DNA of 64,000 nt from Pavona decussata (GCA_977016875.1 CDRNST010000070.1:1550001-1614000), one strand, 5' to 3'; shown: positions 13,345 through 27,592, counted from the first letter of the stretch. Notes: generated by a model not told the origin, from the letters alone. Program-made: numbers and translations.

Positions 13345-13808
13345 TTTAATGGTAATGTATTTATATACCGCACTTATCAGATAGCCTCGCTCATGGCGGT
13401 TTACAATTCTTCTGTGGGGTGAGATCGGACCGGTCAGCATGCATGTAAAGCCGCCACTGGCAGGCGCTAGCAGTCCATATTTTGATCTCACCCACCCACG
13501 CAGCCCACGCACAAATGTGAAAGACAGGTGAAATCACAGAAAGAGATAGACCACCACAGCGGGGACTACGTCCCCTACCCTTTTCGAACAGTGTGTGGGT
13601 TCTTTAACGTCCCCCGATTATTAGGAACAACTAACTGTTATGAGACTGGACCTACGGTTTATCGTCCTTAGTGCAGATGTCATAAGTACAGCACTTTCTC
13701 CTCAGTTAGTTTAAGACCCTGAGTGTTGGTCCGGCCGGGATTTAAACCGTCGCTCCTGACCGTCGCCCTCCCGCACGGTAGTCCAATGCTCTCACGACTG
13801 AGCGAACC
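13345..13808 (-). mobile_element. tRNA-derived SINE (second family)
   Basis: Minus-strand head CGGTTCGCTCAGTCGTGAGAGCATTGGACTACCGTGCGG...GGTTTAAATCCCGGCCGGACC (A-box-like and B-box-like), a central body, and a LINE-like tail ...AAGTGCGGTATATAAATACATTACCATT. Confidence 0.75.
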
Positions 13809-14836
13809 GATTGACAGTTACGTTTTCGGGCGGAAAAATTTTTTTTTACTAGGACTTTTATAAAGCTACTACCACGCAAAAGTCCCTCTTCTGAGGAATT
13901 AACTCAGATGGAGTTTTTTTTATCCGATTTTTTGACCACTCCAACTGAGCGATCGGATAGTGACGGCAGAATCAGCCGGCGGTCACCATACGCAGCTCTA
14001 GTAATCCCCCTCTTTTTTAATTATTCTTTTTAGTTTTCTTATTGATGTTAATCCGCTTATTTAATGCGTTACAAATGGTCCGGGGAAACGTCTCTGCTTC
14101 TCCTTGAAGTAAACCCACCAAAACAATTCCACCTGAAAAATTGTCGGCTGAGCTCGAGGGAAGACGTGGGGTTAGAGATTGCGTGTGCTGGATTACTCCA
14201 AACAAAAATATATCGAGGCATAAACTCTGCACAGCAGGACAAATGTGGTACAAATTTCAGTAAGGAAGGTACGACTTTTGAATAGATTTTGCAAACATGG
14301 TCGTTCTGCACTGCCAACTCGTGAAAATGTTACACTACGAATTCACAGTCACTTATGAATTAATTTATCAATAAACAGTTTCATGTCCCATGCAGTGAAA
14401 ATCAGGTATTTTACACCACCAATTTGTTGCTAATTCTTACTGAAGTTCTGTATGAGAAGAAGTATCTTGGGCCCCCCGGCCTGTTGTGATAAAACGGCCT
14501 TCTAAGATCTCCAAGGGGGGTCACTGGTACCTCATCACGGTCAGTTTCTGAGAATAAACTCCGAAGCGTTGCTACACGGCTTTGTTCACAAACTAAGGCA
14601 TCTTCGTCTACAAGAACGACAACCTCTTAGCAACTTATTATAGTTGTTCTGTCGTCATAGAACTAAAGATGGGCAATGTAAGGGTCAAATGAAGACAATT
14701 AAATAGCTTTCAAATCGTTTTCCCTCGTCAAGACTTTTTGACAAAGCATTGTTTACTTGAAGGGCGACAAGTGTCCAACAGGTAGAGGGTTAAATGTTTC
14801 ACCAACAGAAAACGTAATTAATAAACGAGGTTCGCG

Positions 14837-17800
14837 ATGTCTTGGACCTTCGATGTGTCGTCCTTAAACATTTTCCTGAAATGTTATGTCATGACGACCT
14901 TTGTCCAAGGGATGCTGCACCCAAGAGAGTCCGAAACTCGACAGCTGAAATCTTTGGACGGAATGTGGGATTTCCGGGCAGATATTTCGTCATCCGGGTT
15001 TGAAGAGATGTGGTACTCTATGCCCTTGGCGCAGGTAAGTGATCTGTTTGGTTTAAGAAAATTTTCTCGCTTTGGCTTCTTCGGACATTTCAGATGTTTA
15101 TCTTGGTGTTTCAATAATCCTGTGTCAACTTTAAAATACTGATGGATTGGATTAGAAAACGAAAGTCGATTGCACTCGAAAAATCAGGGTAATTGGCAGA
15201 TTGTTTACAAATTTTATTAAAAGTAGTGTTTTGTTTTACTACCTAGGCTAGCTGTTTCTAATGGGCCGTTTCGTTATTTGATCGACTCTACCATTGATAC
15301 AGAAAATCTGGGACTGAAAAATGTTGCGCTGAAAGCCTAGTATGCTGTGTGGAATGCCGAAAATCTCTATAATTCAGCCTCCCTCTCTAGCAAATTAAAG
15401 CCCCTGTTTGGAGGTCAGGTTTTTAATAAGCCGTCCTACCTCCACTTTGGCTTCCATGTTAGAAAACACAAAAGAGATATTTTTAAAAAAGTCCAGGCGT
15501 ACAAATGATCAAAATATCAGTCAGATTGTCTATCGGAAACGTTCGGGTCAAGAATATACACTGACGTATTATATTGTGCCGAGGTAAGAATGATCTTCTG
15601 ATACACGATCCATTACCGCTTGGTTTCAGAGAGCTGTGAAGAAACATTTTGGAAACGCTACTTCAACTTTTGATCAAAACTTATAATTTCAAATAGCCCC
15701 CTCTCTAAAAAGCCTACCCTTCCCTTCACTCCTCGGAAAAAAGCCCCTGGGAGCATATAAATAGAGCTTACAGCTGAGGTTCCAGCTGACTGGTGGACCG
15801 GGGGATATACGATTTTAATATTTGCAGGCCGAGTCTTCACACATGAAAAAAATTTCGTCATTACTGTGCAGTTAGCAGAACTGGGTTGACTTCCGGCACT
15901 TCTTAGTTGCTATTTCAGACAAACCAAAAAATTTTATATCTGGCACGTACATGCAATGTACATTGCAAACGTACAAACATACTACAGTAGAGTCGGGCAA
16001 AATAATGGAAGGCACGACAAATTATTGTATATAGCGTCAATACTCTATCGATGGTACTGGATGGAATAAAAATGTATTTTGGAGTTGCAATGCTGTGAAT
16101 AACTTATTTCAGAGATATACTGTTGATTTATCGAAAATTCCATCAGCTTGGCTATATTCTTCTGAAAAAACTGAGTGCGAAAATCACTCGGTCAGTAAGT
16201 TGATATCGATTTAAATTGAGTCGTAGTACGTCACTTATTTCCAGGGAGCCATTATCGAGCTAGCGTTCAATGAAAATAATGAAGTTTATTTATACTTTTT
16301 TACTGTCAGCCATGGACAATGAGAATCCACTTAGAAAGAGTAGAAGTAGTAGTAGTCTTTTATTTCCACGATTTCCTTTGTTGACCTAGTCAGGCACGAC
16401 TAGTCAGTAATCAGAATTCGTGACTGCTCATTTCCATCCACGAAAGCAGGTGATGTCCGATTGTACAATAACCTTTTTTCCACTCACGCATTGAGTCGTC
16501 TTTTCCATGTTTTTTCTCACGTTCTGTAAGGGGATTATTGACGCCGGTATGGATAATGTAGAAGACATGTCTGGCAAAGTTTCAAGCCGTTTTTACAAAT
16601 TACGTCAATGAGTGGGCCAGACTCATTGACCCTCTTGACTCCCATTTCTTGCCGCGAGCTCTCACCAAAATGTAGCGTCATGTGTCTCCGTGCAGACGTT
16701 TTACAAAATAATGTTTATCAGTAGGGGATGTAGTCCTTGGTTTGATTCAGTGTTGTCCGGCCTGTGGTTAGGCTGAATTAACGTGAATGACGTTCGATGT
16801 GGATCAGTCATCTCTCAGTGCATTGCTAAGCGGTTTTGAACCATTTCCGTTACTCATTTATGGACTGTGTGGCTTGAAAAAAGTAAAGAAGATCAGAAGC
16901 TTAAAAGGAATTCGAGATTGAGACGCAATCGTGGAACACAACGTGCCGCCTTTCTACGCCGTATGGCCGGTGGCTGCTTTTGCGCATACGTTCTGCGCAT
17001 CTCAAGATTTTCCAAGAAACTCAGATTTCTTAAAAACTGCGCCTACCGAATTCAAAAGTATTTCTGTGCAGCTTATGACAACGTGTGAAAAGATGATTTT
17101 AGCAAGGGCTATTGAAATCCCAAAAAAAAACTTAGGGGTTACCACGTATTTTTCAGGGATAATTAACCTTCAATTTTTTTAGTAAAACCTTTTAGAATTA
17201 TTGTTGCTCAGTTAATATAATAAATATGTTTGAAAATGTGTGCATGGTTACCCCCAATTTTTGTTTTTGAATTTCTTTTCCCTCATGATCATAGGCTGTG
17301 CAGAAGTACCTTTCCGTCTCCTATCTGAAAACATCACCAGTGTTTTGCAGCCCCTACTGGTCGTGTCTGTCTGAAAATATCTCAGTGTGACCAAAAATAG
17401 AATTTATTCCAATTATTCATCTGGTTGACCCCTTTAAAAGGCTAATAGGTGTTTTACTGAAATTAATCGTTTTATACTAATCACCGATTTGGGGGTGCAT
17501 GGGTCACTCCAACGAATTAAAGGCTAATTTGTCGTCCTATGTCAGTTAAAGCTTTATGAGAACACGTGTTTTCTTATAAGGTTGTTTTCCGTTTGTAGTG
17601 GAGTAGCTCGGACGAATTCGTTTACTTAATTAACGTTTGACGCTTAAAATTAAATAGTTATGGCATAAATATCAGCTTAGTTTGAGAACAATGCGGGCCG
17701 GATTTTCGGCACTGTCATACCGCAAGTGCACGCTCCATAACTGAGTTTATACAGTGTTTCTAGCTCTCGGTATTCGTGGTATCAAGAATTAAGAGGATAA

Positions 17801-20800
17801 GAAAGCCAATTACTGACTTAGTTTATATCCTATCTATTTAGCGTGTACGCACGAATTAGCAACTTAAGGGCATTTAGCACCCTTCCAAATGCCATTAGCA
17901 CCTCATTCCATGTTTAGCGAAGGCTCTTCTCTCGGTTATTTTAAAGAAAATGTGTTGTTTTTTCGGAAGATTGATCAAGTTTTACAGTAAAACAATTATT
18001 CGCTGTTTATGATCAGGTTGTGCTCTATGAAAGTGTGGTGCTCATAATCGAGGTCATTAGAAACTGATCATGGTGGATACCTACTTAGGATTAAAAACGT
18101 GGCATTCAATCTGAGTGATGGTAACAGCTGTGCCGAAGTTCCTGCATTTGAATGGATGGCATTCCAGAAACTGGGAACAAACTCGCTGTAAACATTTCAT
18201 AGCTGAGAATATTGAAAGCGATAGCTGCGTCGACCAGCACTGTGATGTCGTCTACCTTCTGGAACTCTCCTTCATGGTAGAATCCTTGCGATGCACCCAA
18301 AGTTAACAGCTTGCGGCATAGCAAGCATTTACGTGCTTTCTTTCTGTCCTCTTCCACCTCCTGCCAATTTTCTACCTTTGCCTCAACGTTTGCCAAGCTA
18401 ACAGATGCAAAAATAAAAATCAAGTGTTTCATAGTAAGGGGACCTCAATGAGGACAAATCTACGTTCATCACTGGTTTTTCTGCAGTCCTAATTTCTGTC
18501 CTTGAAAGTCGCACGTTTCTGATTTATACTGAAGCCTAAGAAAACAAACCTTACAGCTTCTCGGCGCTCAAGCTCTGCTACATATCCCCTATTTTAGAAA
18601 TAACCATTGCTAAGCGCTGCAAATATTTTGTTGGGTCATCCATAGGTATTAAATAAAATTCACACCACTGTACCACTCAAATGTCTGTATGCTAACATTT
18701 AGAATAATTAACAGCTGTGTTTTACAGTTGCATATATTTAGGTTTTTGTCAGCTTCCATAGAGTACTTGATTTGATTTGCAAAAAGTAAGCTATTTAGCA
18801 CCAAGCCGGCTTGCGTCCAAAAATCCGGCTTGTTTTTAATATGCTAGTTTTGTTTCAATGCAAATGTTCCCAGAATCTCCTGACAGTTAACTGAAAAAAC
18901 AACAACATATGATCAGTGAAAACTTCATGATTTCAGCCCGTAAAACGTGCTTATGTTTTGTATTTGTTTGACGCTGTGTTGGTGGTCGTGTATGTCCAAC
19001 TGCAGGAAGCGAGTTATTACATTTCTGTCATTTCTCGCAGAGTGGAGACATCTTGTCGATGCCAGTTCCATCCAGCTACAATGATATCACAGAAGAGCGT
19101 TGGCTTAGAGACTTCATTGGTTGGGTTTGGTACGAGAAGCTGTTTTATGTGCCTCCTTCTTGGAGAGCAACCTCCAACAGAGTGGTGTTACGGTTTGAGA
19201 GCGTGTTTTATCGGTGCAAAGTGGTAAGCTTAAGCATAAAATACCACCCTTTTAGGGTCATAAAAAAGTATAATACTCCATCACGCAATCCCATTCTTTT
19301 GGCGTATTTTTAATGTTTACTGGTAATTCAATGCCTGATTCTCAAAGCGGGGCCCAAATTTGATACCAAAACTTGAACATGTCCAGGCCAAATCCTTATC
19401 GCTCAGAAGAAAAACTATCCATGGACACCAGGGCGGGATCATTGATTTTTTGTGCGCGTTTTAAATGACGGCTGATGAATGTGTTTGTTGATATTTATCA
19501 CACCAAACTCCAAAAGAAATCCGTCAACCTTTTAAACAATTTACGCTTATTACAAGATGTATTTTATTCAAAAGGTTTACCCTGTATGAGTATCTGAAAT
19601 ATCATAAATTATAAAGCAACTTCTTTTCCTTATTGATTAGTACATACGCTAAGAGGGAATCGGTGATGTGACGGTAAAGGAAAATGACTTTCTTGGTTAG
19701 GAATCGAATCAGTCAACATATAACTGTAGAAAGAAGTGTCAAATAGTCAAGCTAAACGAATATCGCAAATCGCTCCACAGTGGTTAAACAATAAAGAGAT
19801 CTTAGAACACGAGGGAGGAGATCTGCCATTTGAAGTCGATATCTCCAAGGAATTAAAGTCAGCTAGCAGAGACTCGCACAGACTTACAGTCGCTGTGATT
19901 AATACTCTTCCATTCACTCAAAAGGCCGAATTGGACAGAAGGTAAGACCACGTTAACTCTCACTGTGATTCCACTTGATAACATCTTTGCCTCGGTCCAC
20001 ACTAGTGCGGAAATTTTTGAAAACGTTTAAAACCAGGCAGATATCAAATGTTTTCCGTCCACACTAGCTTTTCTGAAACATTTTGAAAACGGAACTCTGC
20101 TGTTCATCGCTGGTTTGGCTCCCCCCAACCTCGTCTCCAGTCGTCCTTTCAAACTGACTTTAGACGATTTTTAAATGTATGTTCTTGATAAGGAACTTAT
20201 GGTTTTATCCATCAGTACTAGGGAATGCCACAAAGCAATTGGTTTATTGAGCAAAAACCAATGGCTTTGCATGTGCATTTTACATATTGGTACGTTTCTT
20301 TCCCGTCCTCTGCAAAACAACAACGTGAAATGATCAAATTCAAGGTTTTGTAGACAACGTGAGCATATGACTGTGAAGTTTTCATTTTTTTTCTTAACTT
20401 GAACACCGTTCTACGAATTCAGTTCCTGGATTAAGTTCGAACGCCTTGTGCGAGTTGGAATAATCGCAAAATAGCTCTTATAATATAAATTCGTATTTTG
20501 ACGTGTTCGTTGGCGCTGTCGTCGTCGCTGTTTTAGTTCTCTAAATATTATGTCAGCTGTTAATTGACTACATTTGTTTTTTGCATTTTGTTCTCAGCTC
20601 AACCTACTGCGATTCATCAAATGATTATTTAACAAAAGTAGACTTCTCAGGAATCCACGGCTCCGTAAAGCTCTACACCACTCCTGAAGTGCATGTAGCT
20701 GACATCACTTACGTTACTTACCATAATTATAACAAAGCCACCATCAAATTTATGACGGAGGTTGAAACAAGCGATAACGGGAACAAAAATGGCATCGTCA

Positions 20801-23800
20801 TGACCTATGAGTTGTTGGACAGGGAGGGAAGGGTTGCTGCTTTTGGGAGTGGGGCAAAGATGTTCAGTGGTGAGATGACAGTGTTTAACCCCACCCTGTG
20901 GTGGCCGATTGGTATGAGCGACACGCCGGGTTATCTTTATACACTAAAGGTAAACTTTAAATCAAGGCGTATACGCATGCTCACTATTCTTGACTCCAGG
21001 CTTTTACTGGAGCCCTAGTTTTTCGAGGCTGTAGCCAATAATGCTGGATAGAGGCCACTGGCCTTGAAAACGTTTGGATTTATTATGTTTTCAACATGCT
21101 AAATTTCATTTTAAGTGTTCTTCACTCTTCTTCTTGTAAAAATGAGACTCTAACAATAGACAAACTTCAGTACTAAAAAAATGGCTGCTGATGGCAGGAG
21201 ATTGTCGTTTCACCACAATACAGTCAAAGCTTGCCGTTTTTTGAGTGACATCTTTTATAAACGGTCGCCTCTCTTAGGCGAAAACTTGTCCGTTTTTCTA
21301 ATTGTCTTGGTCAAATCATGCGCTGATGCTTGATGCTTGCAGTTTAGTTCTCTTGTGCTGAACTCGATGATGATAAAATGTTCTAGTAGCTAGTAGTTCA
21401 AGTCAGGCGTAGAGACGCCATGGAAACGAAACATTGGACAGCGCCGAAATAATGCAACGGACCGGAGGGATAGAACTTGAAATAGCCTGAGGAAATAAGT
21501 AAGAGACGATCATCATCATCATCATTATTACTATCGTTATAATTTTTACTTTTTAATTTCCTCTAACTTTTTTGTAGATTTTAGCGTCATATAAGAACAT
21601 GTATGATGTATATACACTTCCGGTGGGCTTCAGGACCGTCCGCGTGGAGGGTTCCCGATTCCTCATCAATAACGTCCCTTTCTACTTCAAGGGTTTTGGT
21701 AAAATACAGGACAGTGACGTAAGTTTTTTTTCAACTTGTCTGCCCTATTTCTCAACTTGAAGTCTTTATCTCGCACCTTTGCTCAAGAACTGCATGGAAA
21801 AAGCCCCAGTAGACAGAGAACCAAACGTTTGTCAAATTTTTGAAAACAAGTTATTCAAACCCAACTTGACAACGGCTTATGAAAATATCTAACGTTTGTT
21901 TCTTGTTACAATGGCCTTCACGTTTTCAATATAAATAAAGTGATGAATTAACTGCTTTGAAAAATAACCACGTCAACAAACCGGTGAAATCAGCCACACA
22001 CGAAGAGGTAGCCTGGGCGTTTGAGGAAGTGGCGGTAGTAGAACACGTTTTGGTGCATTTATAGCAGAGTTCAAATTATGTTTTCTTTTCGGAAAGAAAG
22101 GTCACAGTCCCCCAAACGGGAATTTCAATAGTGTCTAACTGTTCCCTTACTACAGATTAGAGGACTAGGCTTTGATTACCCCACTCTGATTAGAGACTTC
22201 AATCTGATGAAATGGTTTGGCGCTAATTCCATACGCACAAGTAAACATCCACCTCCCATCGAGCTTCTGGATCTCACTGATAAGCATGGCATCGTGGTTA
22301 TAGACGAGAGTCCGACAGCCGGATCAAAAAAGATATTTTTGTATGTATACATCGAATTGTGACCTTAGTGAAATTATATTTCCGCTGGGTTCTTAACCAA
22401 GCTTAAACTGTCAAACGGGGAAGACGACGGAAGACAAATAAGTTGGCGATTGCTAACGATTACGATCGACCCTCTCAAGCCATGTCTGATTGCCGATTTT
22501 TCTTATGCCTTAGCATGTAACCTTTCAACAGCTTAAAACAGTTTAAAAAAACAGGGGGAAAGTTTAAGAAAAAGATTTTCTAAAGTACTAACCCACACAA
22601 AAGTTTCATGTTGAGAGCTTACTCCCGCTTTATTGCTGCGTCTCAAGCAAGCTGTTTTTCTCCCAGGAGGGGGAANNNNNNNNNNNNNNNNNNNNNNNNN
22701 NNNNNNNNNNNNNNNNNNNNNNNNNNNNNNNNNNNNNNNNNNNNNNNNNNNNNNNNNNNNNNNNNNNNNNNNNNNNNNNNNNNNNNNNNNNNNNNNNNNN
22801 NNNNNNNNNNNNNNNNNNNNNNNNNNNNNNNNNNNNNNNNNNNNNNACGATTACAATGATAATGAGAAATGATAACAAAATTCAAGGCATAAAGGTATGT
22901 GCGTCCCCAACAGGTGTTTTTTTTTTTAACTGTATTGGTCTGAAAATGGCTATCAATTTGAGGTTCAGGTTTGATAATGGCAATCTATTTAGAGTGGTCC
23001 TAGGTCAGAACATTCATGGGTCAATCGACCCTGGAACTAGCTTTCACACGACGCTTAAACGGGGGAATCACTTCACATGCAAATACTTTTTTTGTTTTCT
23101 CATACATTCTTCGCAAGAGCCTCCATTCAAAGCGAGAATACGAATGTGGTCTATTTTGGAAGTGAGTTGTTGAACATATATTTTTTTTTTCTGAAAATAG
23201 GTAAGGGGCTCAAGAGGCGGGCCGCAAACGGCACAGCAAACACTTTGAGGAGTACCCCTTGGGGATATTCTTGTTCCCGACTCTTTCTCTTCCGTTTTCG
23301 TCTTTTTGATTCTCCTCCATGCCAGTTCGTTTGACATGGAATTTCTATTTCTAGGGATTATATATCTGATCACACCGCAAACCGACACCTTGATTTAATG
23401 ACAGAATTGATACAGCGGGACAAGAACCATCCCTCCGTGGTCATGTGGTCTGTAGCTAGCCATCGATCGGATTCACGCAATGAAAACTTTGCGAAACACC
23501 TGAGACGAATGATGGAGTTTACCCGAGAGATGGATATGCAGAGACGCCCTGTAACTTACCTAATTTCATCAGATTACAAGCTGGGGATGGTGGAGGACCC
23601 TGTGGTATGTTTTATCAAGAAGTAATAAAACTAAGAGAGTATGTCCCAAAACTTTCCCTAATCCGGCCTGGAATAGAAAGTATGGGTAATACACTCTGTT
23701 ATCTTGATCGTTTCATGGTCCTAGATGGAACGCCGGATTTCAAAGAACAAAACTGTTTGAGGTCGGTGACGGAGTACGAACTCCATTTTTCCTCTCATAG

Positions 23801-26800
23801 ACAGCCGACCAAGCGCGAGCAATCATGTGTTCCTCTTTCGTCGGATTTTCACCGAGAGAAAGAGTAACAGATTGTGTTTAAACAATTATTACGTCGGGAT
23901 CGAGATGTTTTTGCCGCAAGAACCTTTCTCCAACTGTCTGTTGTTTAATTATTGGTGTAGAATATATGGCTACAAGTAGAAGTATCGCGATTCCCCTATA
24001 GTTCTGTCTTACGCTAGAGACGTCAATATCACGCGGTATTGCCGTCTCACTTTTGCCGTCTGTGATTGGTTCCAAAAGTGTAATTGAACATTGCGACACT
24101 GAGCTGGGTTACTCACGTATGCATCAAAATCGAATACGGAATATATTTTCTCCCAACTAACCGTCAATATAATGCGGTATTGCCGACTCAAAATCGCAAT
24201 TAGTTTATAATATTGCTGAAGAACAACCTGGTAGCCAGTCATCATTGATCTAAAATTTGGTGTCAGTTTCAGAGGGTGTTTCTTTCCTCCATCGTGATCT
24301 TGCTCTACCTTCACCTTGCCTCTTTTCACCCAGATATTAAATAATGTAGATTAAGATGTGTAAATGTAGATATGTAGGTGATGTAGTTGTAGATATGGAT
24401 GTGAATGTAAATGTAAAGGGGTAATAGTGTTCAGTGAACTCTCGGGGAGGAATATTAGAATAATACTTCCCGTTAATTCATACTAACTGTAAGCGCCGGC
24501 AGCGTTGCCAGGTGTGGCACCAGTACTTTATTTACCTTCATACATACCTTAACTTTTTTTCACTCGTATTGGAGAGTAGCTGAAAGCTCACTTCTTCAAG
24601 TTGAATTAAAAAGAAATACATATACAAAACCAACAAAAAAGGAATATAAATAAAATTTGGAATAGAATGCGAGAGATCTAAATACAAGAATACTTAATTC
24701 ATTACCTTAACTATTAGGATTAAGTATGTGTTAAACGTGGGCTTGCCTCCTCCTCCTATTAAGTCTGACATTACACAAAAAAGTTAATACCTGAAAACTA
24801 ATTTTTTTTTTTTTCACAGCTTAAATTCTGCGATGTTATTTCCTTTAGTCGTCACTATGGATGGTACTGGCACCCAGGCAAACCTGACCTAATAGCCAAG
24901 TCGTTAGAGGAGGATCTGCGTGGCTTACATAGAGTGTTTGGTAAACCAGTACTTATGGCTGAGTATGGCACCAGCGCTGTTAGCGGAAAACATAAGGTGA
25001 CCAAGACTAAGACAGTTAAATAGTACAGTCGACCCCATTTGGACCACCGTAAACTGTGTTACCGCCTCTTATCTTCGTCCAGAAAAAAAACCTCATACCG
25101 TCATTTTCTTATATGAAGCCGGGGTTTCATTGTACAATTGAACCTCGATATAAGGAAACCTCTCTTGGGTGGATCCCAGCCACATACAAAACTTCTAAAT
25201 CGTATACCATTAGCGAATGCCATAGTTCAGTATACTAAAGAGGGTTTTGACTATTGTAATAAGACAGTTCAAACTTTGGATGAAATCCTGAACGGTTCAA
25301 GCGTTCGATTTTTTCAAAAGAAACTAACAAACCTCTCAGTGTAAAAACTAGTACTAGTTCTGTGTTTCTGTTTCTGTCCCACTGATCTTTCCAAACGAAA
25401 TGTTAGGTATTTGTCTGGTTTCGACCATGGGAGCATTTGTTAGTGATCATAAATTAAAACGCTTAGATTAAGTTGACTTTCAATTGCAACGGATTTTGTT
25501 GCAAATCACATTGAAAATCTACGCCTGTTTTAAACATATGACTTATCAGGTCCAAACCGTTGGATTCTTGAAATGCTAACTGTAACAGTCTAGATAAGCA
25601 CCAAGCCTTATCACTTACTGACCTTTATCGATTGGATTAGTATAGCGATTTCGTTTCAGCTAAAGTTTTTCTCTATTTATTCCTTACTACAGCAACCATC
25701 GTTGATTTACTCAGAAGAATATCAGGTAAAGCAGTTCCTTTAAAACTTTGCATTTTTGACTTATTTGTTTATAACAGTGGTGTTGCCATTTGTTTGATTA
25801 TCCTGCTGGGAGGGTAGGACCTTATCTGCGAATTTCCGTTGTGCCACCATTATCATCTTTTCGTTCTTTCAGTTTTACTTCGTTATCATTTTCATCTTCA
25901 CCCTCCCCCATCTTCTTCCCCGTCTTTCTCATCCTTCTCGTCATCTTCATCGTCTGTTCATAGTTATCGTCGTCTTCCTCGTCGTCGTCAGCAGCAGCAT
26001 CTTCATCGTCACCATCTCTCCTAAGATGGCGCCCTGTAACGCACATGCCATATGCACTGTCTCCATAGGATGCTCATTCTACCCCCATGAGATTAGCTAC
26101 ACGAAGAATATGTGATTAAAAAGTGAGCAATCAATCAAGGTGGTGAATAAGAAAAAAAGGAGTTGTAAAACATCACACGTGCATGTTAACCATAAGGTTA
26201 TACATAAAGAAAAGTGTCATGGTAGAACTGTGAAGGACATTAATTAACCTGAGTTTATTTTTAATGCTTCGATTCTTAGTTTAGATTATTATGTTACCAA
26301 TTCTTTTTATCTCACGTTTAATTTTAATATGTCTGTGCTATTAATATTACCAAATATATAGACAATATGTATAGTCTTTTAATTAACATATGGTTTTTAT
26401 TGATTATGATTTCAGCCTTTAACTGTTATATAGGATAATATATACATGTATAGGGAATATTTATTTTTAACAGCTACACATGGATTTATACCAGCGTTTA
26501 CTTTGTATTCGCTGATCCATTTTGTAGGATAGAGTCATTCATTTAATTTTGAAAACTTTTTACAGGTAGATACGATGAAGAGATACTTTCCTGTGTTTGA
26601 CCAACTCAGAAAAGAGTTTTTAGCAGGAGAAATGATCTGGACTTTTGCAGATTATAATGTTCTAGAACGTACGTATTATAACATGACGATTTATCACTAA
26701 TCAGTCACTCGAGTTTTACAGCAGGGAAGATCACGAGTTAACAGAGAACTTAAACTGCGCTAGAGTCCTTGTACCATCAACTAATCACCTGGCTCATATC

Positions 26801-27592
26801 TGAGATATAGAGGTTCATCTTCAGAACAGACTTTCTCTATTAACAGTTCCTAAAAATCGTTAAACAGAGCATTTCGCGGCATAAGGGATGCCACTCTCTT
26901 TGTTTCACTTCCTTTGAAGCACGAAATGCAAATTACACGTATTCTAGTGATGACAAACTGTTAAATCAAATATTCCGTTTACGTTTACGTCTTTCAATTT
27001 TCCAGATTAAAAAAAAACTGAATATTACCTCAACAAAAGAAAAAAGAAGTTTCGAACTTTCTTTTGAAACTGAAACAATTTTCGAACTTCGTTTCGAAAA
27101 CGAAACAAACTTTTTATAGTTGCATGACGGTCTGTCAGTTGTTTACACTTACTGGTTGATTAACAAGTAAAGGTGAGGGTGGAAAGGCCCACGCATGCCA
27201 AGAACTTTTGTGTTCACAAATTAAACATACAAGACAGAATACTGATCAAATACGAAACAGCTTCAAATTTTTTGCACGTTATTTTCCCTTCAGCTAACGA
27301 ACTCATGTCAGCTAACACCAAGGGTCTGTTAACTCGTCAAAGGCAACCAAAGGCTTCAGCGCATGCTCTCCGGCAGAGATACCAGCACTTGGCCATGGAC
27401 GCGCATCCACGATTCACTGGTGACGAGTTGCTGGACATCCTGATAAGATTTAAGCCTCACCATGGTAACGAGTACCCCATCACTTTTAAACATCATCGGT
27501 TGCCTGCTTTGATACGAGAGGAAAGAGTTAATACCACTATACGGAAACGCTCCGCCGTAGACGATACAACCGCATTCTACGGAGCTAATTAG
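14837..27592 (+). CDS. GUSB: Beta-glucuronidase-like protein (GH2, GUSB family), about 693 aa, divergent paralog with altered catalytic residues
   Basis: Eleven GT-AG, phase-consistent exons: 14837-15034, 19041-19223, 19781-19941, 20598-20949, 21578-21718, 22156-22340, 23355-23604, 24820-24996, 25693-25725, 26566-26668 and 27294-27592. Motifs collinear with GUSB: [101 protein letters not shown]. No stops or frameshifts in the joined model. AATAAA at ~28021. This is a GUSB-like paralog rather than a confirmed ortholog. Confidence 0.93.
22676..22846. other. Assembly gap (N run) in GUSB-like intron 6
   Basis: 171 N. The flanking exon phases are compatible without a missing exon. Confidence 1.
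25839..26015. repeat. Low-complexity (TCA/TCG/TCT)n tract
   Basis: Degenerate trinucleotide run in GUSB-like intron 9; it explains the spurious acidic and Ser-rich ORFs in the track. Confidence 0.8.

Noticed and set aside
25822-26046. Acidic 74-aa and Ser-rich 61-aa ORFs
   Set aside because: Products of a low-complexity trinucleotide tract in an intron.
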